From a virus: DNA of 64,000 bases. The stretch lies in IMG/VR virus record IMGVR_UViG_3300050016_000116, positions 1-64,000 of that record; one strand, 5' to 3'. Position 1 is the stretch's first letter. Every line of letters starts with the position of its first letter. A program made the translations under genes and the position numbers. The notes beneath the pieces are model-generated. The model was not told the origin of the DNA. It searched no databases and worked only from the letters and a program-made list of their open reading frames with translations. Shown piece by piece: positions 56,965 to 64,000 of this stretch.

Positions 56965-58319
56965 CCGAACCCCTTGACGTCGATCTTCGGGTACTCGCTC
57001 GACATCGCCGAGTAGCCGGTTGGGATGTCGAGGTAGTAGACGCGCGTGAGCCAAGCGATGAACATCTGGTAGATCCTCCACTGGTCTGGAAGACACTCGC
57101 CCATCTCACGTTCAAGGGGAACCTGAAGGCCACCCGATACGGGTGGCTCCGACTCACCCCGGCTTACTCCGTACATCTAGTCGCCGAGTTGCTTGAGACC
57201 AAGTTGGCGGAGGGCGATCAAGTGCTCGACCCATTCTGCGGCACAGGAACGACGGCGCTTGTTTGCGCAGAGCGCGGTATTTCGTGCGACACGACGGACA
57301 TCAACCCGTTCCTGCTATGGCTCGCGAGGGCAAAGACCGCGACCTACACGGCATCGCACGTGAGAGCGTTCAACGAAAAGGCGGCCGTCGTTCGCAAGAC
57401 GATGCTCCGGGCAAACGGGCATGCGCCGTGGGCGCCGCCGCTTCATCAGATCGAGAAGTGGTGGAGCGGACGCACCCTCGCAAGCCTCGCTCGTGGAATG
57501 GAGATCATTCGATCCGAGAAAGGGCCGACGGGCGACCTCCTGCGAATCGCGTTCTGCCGGACGATGATCGAACGGGCAAACGTGAGCTTCGGCCACCAGT
57601 CGATGTCCTTCAAGAAGCCAGAGGACGCGCTCTCTCTGTTACCCGATGCCGAAGACGAGCGTGACGTGGCCACGGCTTGGTCTAAAGCCGTCGAAGCCAT
57701 CGCCGGAGCGGCGCGGTCAGACATTCTCGTAGAACCGAAGCCTGTCTTGTGCGACGCCCGCGACCTTCGGACAGCTCTCAAACCGAACACGTACGGGTGC
57801 GTGATCACCTCGCCGCCGTACCCGAACAGAATGAGCTACATCCGCGAGCTTCGCCCGTACATGTACTGGCTAGGCTACCTGGAGGACGGCCGTGCAGCAG
57901 GTGAGCTTGACTGGCTGGCCATCGGCGGCACGTGGGGCTGCGCCACAAGCAACGTTGCGAAGTGGACACCGAGCACGCCTGTGGAGATCCCCTACAAGGG
58001 CTTCACTGAGATCATCGGCGCTATCACGGCCACCGGCCCCAAAGCGAAAGTGCTCGGCCGCTACGTCGCCAAGTATTTTCACGACATGGTCGGGCACTGC
58101 GAGTCACTCTTCGCCGTGACCGCACCCGGAGGGGCCGTGCACTACATCGTCGGGAACTCGAAGTTCTACGATGTCATGTTGCCGGTGGAGGGCATCTATG
58201 CCGCGATGTTCGAGTCGGTTGGGTTCAAGAACGTTGAGATCAAGACGATCCGCAAGCGGACTTCAAAAAAGGAGTTGTTCGAGTATGTCGTCAGCGCTCG
58301 CAAGCCACTCAGGCGGTAA
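56961..58319 (+). CDS. DNA methyltransferase (N4-cytosine-type, alpha arrangement)
   Basis: YGWLRLTPAYS, VLDPFCGTGTT, VITSPPYPN, YIVGNS. Confidence 0.88.
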   Translation: MTEPLDVDLRVLARHRRVAGWDVEVVDAREPSDEHLVDPPLVWKTLAHLTFKGNLKATRYGWLRLTPAYSVHLVAELLETKLAEGDQVLDPFCGTGTTALVCAERGISCDTTDINPFLLWLARAKTATYTASHVRAFNEKAAVVRKTMLRANGHAPWAPPLHQIEKWWSGRTLASLARGMEIIRSEKGPTGDLLRIAFCRTMIERANVSFGHQSMSFKKPEDALSLLPDAEDERDVATAWSKAVEAIAGAARSDILVEPKPVLCDARDLRTALKPNTYGCVITSPPYPNRMSYIRELRPYMYWLGYLEDGRAAGELDWLAIGGTWGCATSNVAKWTPSTPVEIPYKGFTEIIGAITATGPKAKVLGRYVAKYFHDMVGHCESLFAVTAPGGAVHYIVGNSKFYDVMLPVEGIYAAMFESVGFKNVEIKTIRKRTSKKELFEYVVSARKPLRR

Positions 58320-58666
58320 GGATCGCCTTCAAGATCGCATCTATCTCGGCTTTGATCGCCTTGAGAAGCGTGAAGAGGTACTGCCCGTCGCGGTCCGCTT
58401 CGCTCGGCATGGGGCGAATGTTGCCGAGCTGGCAAGGCGTGGGCCAAGTTCGGCATCCGCGAATTACCGGGCAGCGCGCGGAATTAGCGGGCAACCCTCA
58501 AATGGCGGGCAAAGCCCGTGCGTTCCACCGACGAACGTGACGTGTCTCTTCGCCGCGGACTGTTCGAACACGATGTGCAGCGGGACTTGGTGCTGCGACG
58601 TGGCCACGCGCCAGTGTTACGAAGGGGCGACCTCTTCCCCCTGCCCGTGAACGGCACTCTTTGGGC

Positions 58667-58867
58667 ATGAGCACCATGGCCCAAAGGAAGTTGGTTCGAG
58701 AGCTGGGACCGTACACGCTGGGGAAGGACGGTGTGTTGCGGGACAATAACGGTTTCTCGCTCGGGTTCTCCCTGCGTCCGAACGCGAACAGCAAGGAATG
58801 CGCATGGGACCGCGCGATGGTCGCGGTTCTGAATGACGTCTTGGAGATGCAGGGTCCACCGCGATGA
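58667..58867 (+). CDS. Hypothetical protein
   Basis: ATG exactly 7 nt after ACGGCACTC. Confidence 0.55.
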   Translation: MSTMAQRKLVRELGPYTLGKDGVLRDNNGFSLGFSLRPNANSKECAWDRAMVAVLNDVLEMQGPPR

Positions 58868-59166
58868 AAGACACGAAGCGCCCGAAGTGGTCCCCGGGAA
58901 CCTGCCGAACGTTGATGAGGCGAACGGCAGACGAACTCGCGAGCGAAGGACAGAAGGGGGTGAACCCCGAGTACAAGCGCGTTTTCTACGCCCAAGCCGG
59001 TGCGTTCTACTTCGCGCTCAACATGGACGCTGGCGCCAGGACGCGGGAGGACTTCGAGAACTTCCTCATGCGCGAAGTCTTGTGGACTCCCGCCAGTGCA
59101 GTCGCATCGGCGGATGAGGTCGAACGAGTCGACGCAGCGAACAAGGTCCCATATCCGAAGGGATGA
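58864..59166 (+). CDS. Hypothetical protein
   Basis: Coupled ORF. Confidence 0.55.
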   Translation: MKDTKRPKWSPGTCRTLMRRTADELASEGQKGVNPEYKRVFYAQAGAFYFALNMDAGARTREDFENFLMREVLWTPASAVASADEVERVDAANKVPYPKG

Positions 59167-59663
59167 ACCCAACAGCGGGGCGTGTTACGTTCCGCTTCAT
59201 GGTCGGTGCCGGTTACTCCTCCAACGCCGCGGTTTCGAAGTCTGCGATGGACTCCTCCAAGAAAGCGGAGGCAGCGTCATCTGCGGCGAAGGACGATTGG
59301 GAGAGCCAGAGCCGCGCGGCGAACGCGCACTACCAGGCTGCCCAGGCGCATCGTCAGGCCGGCAACGAGACGAAGGCAGCCGACCACGACAAGAAAGCCA
59401 AGATCCACGACGAGAAGGCAGTAGCCGCGCAGCGGGACCAGGGGCACGCGGAGATGGTCGGGCAGGACGCGGAGAAGCTCTCGAAGAAAGCTCACCTCGC
59501 GGCCTACGGACAGGATCCGAAGGAGCCGCGGACCGAGAAGGAGCTGCACGAGTGCGCCGCGGACATGCACGACAAGGCGAGCAAGGCGTACGACGCAGCC
59601 GGGATGGAGCGGGAAGCTCACTATCACGCAGACATGAGCAAGAACCACGCAGAGCACGCGTAA
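59163..59663 (+). CDS. Ala/His/Lys-rich helical repeat protein
   Basis: AHYQAAQAH..AADHDKKAKIH / MHDKASKAY repeats. Confidence 0.65.
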   Translation: MNPTAGRVTFRFMVGAGYSSNAAVSKSAMDSSKKAEAASSAAKDDWESQSRAANAHYQAAQAHRQAGNETKAADHDKKAKIHDEKAVAAQRDQGHAEMVGQDAEKLSKKAHLAAYGQDPKEPRTEKELHECAADMHDKASKAYDAAGMEREAHYHADMSKNHAEHA

Positions 59664-59812
59664 CCGGAGTCATTCGCAAAGCGCTTTTCGAATCAAGGAG
59701 AGCAGTGATGCTAGATACGGGTTGCGAGATGCCGAACCGCTCATACCCCCATGACATTCAGAACCTTGATCCCGAGTTCCTGAGACGTAGCAGCTCACCG
59801 CCGGAGAAGACG

Positions 59813-60463
59813 ATGGCTGACGAAGTGAAGACCGAGGATGTGAAGACGATCCTTCAGAAGCTCGATGGGCTTGCGTCCGCAGAGCTTCTCAGACGAATGC
59901 AGGGTCAACAGGTCACGGACAAACGGGAGATCCTGGAGAGTATCGATGGACTGCGAAAGGAGACCCGGACCGAGATTCAGTCCATCCGTCATTCGCAGGA
60001 CGTGACCAACACCGCAGTCAATGCGGTCACTGAGCGTGTGAAGAAGCTCGAAGTGCTGCGCTCTATCCCGCCGCGTTCCGGTTCACCGATGCCGCGCACG
60101 TACGACCTCTCCAACGTGGAGAAGACGGCCACCGGAGGGCTTCCGACAAGCGAAGCGGAGAAGCTGGTCAAGCGGCTCAATGAGCTGGAGCTGGACCAAG
60201 AGGTCATCGGTGCAGAACTTCACTCGATGGTCACCGAGCGGGATGAGGCGAAGAAGTTGGCCCTTGTGGCGCAGGAGAAGGAGCACATTGCGCAGGACAA
60301 GGAGCGCATTGCGCAGGAGCGCCAAGGGGCAATCGATCTCTACGCGCGAGGGCTGGAGAAGGAAGCGAAGCGGAAGCGGGCCAGGCTCATGAAGATCGGG
60401 GGAGCGCTTCTCCCTGTCGCGCTCGCAATCGGTGGAGCGCTCGCGAAGCTTCTTCACCTCTGA
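59813..60463 (+). CDS. Coiled-coil protein with C-terminal TM helix
   Basis: GGAGA RBS; ..KRKRARLMKIGGALLPVALAIGGALAKLLHL. Confidence 0.6.
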   Translation: MADEVKTEDVKTILQKLDGLASAELLRRMQGQQVTDKREILESIDGLRKETRTEIQSIRHSQDVTNTAVNAVTERVKKLEVLRSIPPRSGSPMPRTYDLSNVEKTATGGLPTSEAEKLVKRLNELELDQEVIGAELHSMVTERDEAKKLALVAQEKEHIAQDKERIAQERQGAIDLYARGLEKEAKRKRARLMKIGGALLPVALAIGGALAKLLHL

Positions 60464-60834
60464 TGGGCTTCGACCCACGCACCAACTCGGCGCAGCTCGC
60501 AGCCCTCGTGGCTCGTTGCGACTACAAGCAATTCGCGCTGACGAGTGTGCCCACGAAGTTGAGCAACGCGGGACATCCCTACCAAGGCGAGTTCCCGGGA
60601 CCAGCGGTGTCACCGACCGCAGTGGGGTGGACTGCGGTGTACCGAGGTCGAATCCTCAACGGCTCGCAGCAACCCCCTCTCATCGCCAGCGCTTCGGTTG
60701 CAGGTTCCTTCGGGGAAGCGGCAGTGCTCACCGCGGCAAAGGACTTCCTTGATGGACTTGACCTCATGGCAGCGAGTCAGGGAGCGAACCCCAACCCTTA
60801 CGACCCGCGCCTTGGTGGCGGACAGGCTGGCTGA
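60463..60834 (+). CDS. Hypothetical protein
   Basis: Coupled 123 aa ORF. Confidence 0.6.
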   Translation: MGFDPRTNSAQLAALVARCDYKQFALTSVPTKLSNAGHPYQGEFPGPAVSPTAVGWTAVYRGRILNGSQQPPLIASASVAGSFGEAAVLTAAKDFLDGLDLMAASQGANPNPYDPRLGGGQAG

Positions 60835-60849
60835 CGGCACTCTCTCGGG

Positions 60850-61128
60850 ATGAGCGAACACGACATCGTCATTCTCAAAGGGGTCAGCGTTGGTGAGGAT
60901 CCCATGGTTGCGGGCTTCCTCGTTCACGCAGTCATCAAGGAGTCGGTGAGACTCGTGAGCCGGCTGGTGGGAGGAGTTTGCTCAGTGACCGTTGCAGCGA
61001 GAACCCTCACCATCAAGTACCACATCCGGGACTCTGTCCCGATGGAGCAGAGGACCATCGATCTGGAGAACATCAAAGCGCTCTTCTCCGAGGTCGCGCG
61101 GGTGGCGTACAAGAAGAGCGGGGGATGA
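60850..61128 (+). CDS. Hypothetical protein
   Basis: ATG 7 nt after ACGGCACTC. Confidence 0.6.
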   Translation: MSEHDIVILKGVSVGEDPMVAGFLVHAVIKESVRLVSRLVGGVCSVTVAARTLTIKYHIRDSVPMEQRTIDLENIKALFSEVARVAYKKSGG

Positions 61129-61179
61129 ATCGACATCGGCTCAGCTTGTAGTCCTAGCTTTGAGTCGTAGGGTCTTCCC

Positions 61180-61408
61180 CATGGACCTCGTAGCGCTCTT
61201 CGTCTGGTTGCTGGTGCTCTGTCTGGTCTTGGGGCTCCTCTATTGGATCGTGACGCTGGTGGTTGCAGTGCTCCCTCCTCCCATCGCAGTGCCAGCGAGA
61301 GTCATCCTCCTCGTGATCCTCGCGCTCATCGGGATCAGTGTCCTCCTCGGTGCAGTCGGGATGTATGACGCGCCTTGGAGCTACGGGCACCATCACTTTG
61401 TTCGGTAG
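61180..61408 (+). CDS. Small two-TM membrane protein
   Basis: MDLVALFVWLLVLCLVLGLLYWIV..LPPP..VILLVILALI. Confidence 0.7.
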
Positions 61409-61459
61409 CGGGCGGAGGAAGTGAAGTCGGGTTATCCTCCGCGGAAGGAGGCTAACCCC

Positions 61460-61888
61460 ATGCCCATCACGATTCAGCTTTGCCCTCACGGGATGAACGA
61501 GAGGTCTTGTCCGACTTGCTATCGGATGAAGCCGGCAGCTCCCAAGCCCGCAGACAGTCTCCCGGGAACACGCCCAGGAGTTCCCCTGGGTAACGTCATC
61601 TCGATGGCAGACGCGTTCCAGGCGTCGCAGCGTGCCATGGCCGCGCGAGCCGCTGCTGCCCCGGCAATCAAGCGAGCGGATGGGAGCCAGGTGGCGCAGC
61701 AACAGCCCTACTCCTCCGCCAACACTGCCTCTTCCGAGGCGCACACCGAGGACGGTGTCTGGAAGCCTCCCGCTCATCCCCAGGTCGCAGACCGCCAACC
61801 GAGGCACCCGCACGAAGGCGAAGGGAAGGTGTCTTACTCGGGACCTCTCTTCGTCCCCATTGACCCGACCACGATCAAAGCGCGCTGA
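61460..61888 (+). CDS. Hypothetical protein
   Basis: AAGGAGG RBS; CPHG..CPTC. Confidence 0.65.
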   Translation: MPITIQLCPHGMNERSCPTCYRMKPAAPKPADSLPGTRPGVPLGNVISMADAFQASQRAMAARAAAAPAIKRADGSQVAQQQPYSSANTASSEAHTEDGVWKPPAHPQVADRQPRHPHEGEGKVSYSGPLFVPIDPTTIKAR

Positions 61889-61903
61889 CGGCACTCATCG
61901 GTC

Positions 61904-62560
61904 ATGAGGAAGGGAGTTGCCAATGTTCACCGACGAGCAAGCGCACTTGTTCGAGCAGTGCAGAAGGATCGCTCCGGGGATCGAGATTCATCACGAGATC
62001 TTCCGCTCGGGCATCCCCGGGATCGAAGTCCTTCCCGTGCTATGCGCGTACGCGACCCCGCAACGACCTCTCGCGCGGATACAGGCAAACGCGTGCAAGT
62101 GCGGCGCACCGAAGTGCTTGGAGGTGGCAGTGTTGCACCTTCTGACAGCGTCTCTGTTTGTCCTTCGCCAATCGAATTGACGGGCTTCTTCTCATTCCCT
62201 CCGGAGGTCGTGAGGGAATGGGAGGAGCTGTACCGACTCTCCGGGGGGACGTTCCGAGTTCATGGGTTCCTGACGAAGTGTCAGCGACCAGGAACCGTCA
62301 ATCCGAAGCCGCTGAACTACGCGGTCATGTGGAGAGCGTACTTGGCTCCGAGACGTCTCTACTTGGCGAACAAGGAGCCGGCGCAGGTTCCCGTTCTGGA
62401 CGTGGAGCAAGTCGGGCTCTTCCCGCTCGGGGGAGGTGACATCACGGATGGGATCGAGGTCTCGTCTGCGGTCGCAATCCTTCCAAGGCTCTTCAGGGAA
62501 GCGCGAACCATCATCCAGCTCGCGGCACTCCGAGCAGTGGGGAGAGGAGCAATCGCATGA
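61904..62560 (+). CDS. Hypothetical protein (possibly two genes or frameshifted)
   Basis: ATG 7 nt after ACGGCACTC; overlapped by ORF 61923-62180, which has its own RBS. Confidence 0.4.
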   Translation: MRKGVANVHRRASALVRAVQKDRSGDRDSSRDLPLGHPRDRSPSRAMRVRDPATTSRADTGKRVQVRRTEVLGGGSVAPSDSVSVCPSPIELTGFFSFPPEVVREWEELYRLSGGTFRVHGFLTKCQRPGTVNPKPLNYAVMWRAYLAPRRLYLANKEPAQVPVLDVEQVGLFPLGGGDITDGIEVSSAVAILPRLFREARTIIQLAALRAVGRGAIA

Positions 62561-62928
62561 GCAACAAGACGCTGGACGAAGCGGTGGAGGCGTTCAAGGG
62601 GGGAGCCTCCAAGCGCAAGTCGAAGAAGCCGCACGAGATTGCAGAGCTGGCCACGAAGGTCCTCAATGCGGTCGAGAAGGACCATGCAGGAGGGCTGGAG
62701 CACTTCACGGAAACGGATGAACCGTTGGTGACGGGAGAGGAAGTTCTCCAGCAGATTCTCGCCGGGAAGAAGATCGTGGCGAAGAAGCGCGAGGACGATG
62801 AGACGGCAGCACCAGAGGTGGCACTTCCCGGACAAGGTGAGCTTCCTGCTGCGCAGGAGAAGGACTTGCGGAAACCACCTACGAACAGACTCTCTATCGC
62901 GAAGAAGCCGATAGTGGAGACGGGTTGA
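62557..62928 (+). CDS. Hypothetical protein
   Basis: GAGGAG RBS. Confidence 0.65.
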   Translation: MSNKTLDEAVEAFKGGASKRKSKKPHEIAELATKVLNAVEKDHAGGLEHFTETDEPLVTGEEVLQQILAGKKIVAKKREDDETAAPEVALPGQGELPAAQEKDLRKPPTNRLSIAKKPIVETG

Positions 62929-62981
62929 AACGGTAATGCGCGCCCCTTGCGACAGAGGATGCGGGAAACGAAAGGAAGACC

Positions 62982-63317
62982 ATGACGACGGCACGTAAGA
63001 TCCGACTCGACCTTGCAACCCCTGCGGAGGTGGCCATCCGTGCGGCACAAGCCGCCGTGGAGGCGGTCCCCATACAGGGCTACGTCGACCGCGACAAGCT
63101 GACGCAGGCGGCCATCAAGATCGCAGAGGCCCTCGACCTCGTCGGGTCGTACGTGGACGAACGGATGATGGAGGCCGAACTTTGCGGGTCACGCACTCCA
63201 GGCTCGTGGAAACAGACTGCCGATACCTTCGGGCGAAGACTGCGTCACTCGAAGACGATGCCGCTCTCGGACAGCGTGGACAAGCCATGCAGTAACCCGG
63301 ACTGTTGCGAGCAATGA
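62982..63317 (+). CDS. Hypothetical protein
   Basis: RKIRLDLATPAEVAIRAAQAAVE..LTQAAIKIAEALDLVGSYVD. Confidence 0.65.
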   Translation: MTTARKIRLDLATPAEVAIRAAQAAVEAVPIQGYVDRDKLTQAAIKIAEALDLVGSYVDERMMEAELCGSRTPGSWKQTADTFGRRLRHSKTMPLSDSVDKPCSNPDCCEQ

Positions 63318-63592
63318 GCAAGATTCAGAGTGAGGTAAACGAGCGCTGGTCACGACAGCTCGGGAACCCGTGTCACAAGTCGGCCGGCACCGACCATGGA
63401 CCGAAGGTCCGTCTGAAGGAGCGAAGCGCATGACCAGGATGATGAAGCTCAATATCGTCGATGTTGGGTGTCGGCTGTTACTGATCTCAGTGTGCCTGGT
63501 GCGCGGGCTGACGTCGCACGACCACGACTGGCTGTGGATTGGAGGGCTCTTCGCGCTCTTTCTTCCGAAGTCCATCAAACACCTGATACGCA

Positions 63593-63946
63593 TGCGCGCT
63601 GGAGCGCAGGAGGAGAAGGGGACATGGCGGTAGATGCGAAGGGTCAGGAAGAGGCGCGCAAGCGGCGCGAGGTCGGGGCATGGTCGACGCCGGAGCGAGA
63701 GGCCCTACTTCAGCGCGTGCGTCCCATGACGGCACACGCAACGAAGGACGACCTCCTAGAGTTCGCACGTATCGAGTTGGAAGATGCTCTCGACAACGTC
63801 GAACCCATCGAAGGAGGGAGTCCGTTCCACGCTGGATGCTGTGTGATGCGGGCACGCGCGGCCATCGTGCGTGTACGTGATCGACTCCGTCTGTCCCCAC
63901 CCGAAGAGGCCAAATAACGTGCGCGCTGGAGCGCAGGAGGAGAAGG
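63593..63946 (+). repeat. 27-bp direct repeat (hairpin + RBS) flanking one gene
   Basis: TGCGCGCTGGAGCGCAGGAGGAGAAGG at 63593-63619 and 63920-63946. Confidence 0.92.
63624..63917 (+). CDS. Hypothetical protein between the 27-bp repeats
   Basis: MAVDAKGQEEARK.. after the repeat RBS. Confidence 0.6.
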   Translation: MAVDAKGQEEARKRREVGAWSTPEREALLQRVRPMTAHATKDDLLEFARIELEDALDNVEPIEGGSPFHAGCCVMRARAAIVRVRDRLRLSPPEEAK

Positions 63947-64000
63947 CAATGCAGTACCTACTTGTGGAGATTCTTCGAGGGGGCCGCGCGGTCGATTGTG

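Noticed and set aside
4678-59693. Palindromes as CRISPR repeats or intrinsic terminators
   Set aside because: Copies are kilobases apart with no spacer periodicity, have no loop or U-tract, and several lie inside ORFs
1-64000. tRNA, rRNA, integrase, transposase, capsid/portal genes
   Set aside because: None recognised by eye; a tRNAscan/HMM run would be needed to exclude divergent ones

Overview
A 64 kb, GC-rich segment of a large tailed bacteriophage with a contractile (myovirus-type) tail; nearly all genes are on the + strand. Order: baseplate/tail module (0.6-10.5 kb); small membrane/lysis-like genes; a large replication/recombination module (SF2 helicase, DnaB, primase, sigma-like factor, PolB, SSB-like protein, RecA, split SbcD, dCMP deaminase, SbcC, RuvC-like); a predicted pyrimidine hypermodification cluster (ParB-like, TET/JBP-like dioxygenase, aGPT-Pplase2-like transferase, FAD enzyme, P-loop kinase) next to ThyX; an MTase-SNF2 helicase fusion; three orphan DNA methyltransferases in apparently captured cassettes; terminase; many small unknown genes. 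There are three inteins. The most striking lies in the baseplate-hub-like gene and carries a complete Vsr/DUF559-like endonuclease gene on the ANTISENSE strand, with its RBS and start codon supplied by intein block F. Three dispersed signals were read directly from the sequence: (i) ACGGCACTC placed exactly 7 nt before start codons (probable phage promoter giving leaderless mRNAs); (ii) 14 copies of a 20-24 bp palindrome with core AAAGCGCTTT; (iii) a shared N-terminal peptide MRKR(S/V/E), encoded with different codons, on about 8 mostly DNA-metabolism proteins. All functional calls come from motif recognition by eye; no database searches were run.
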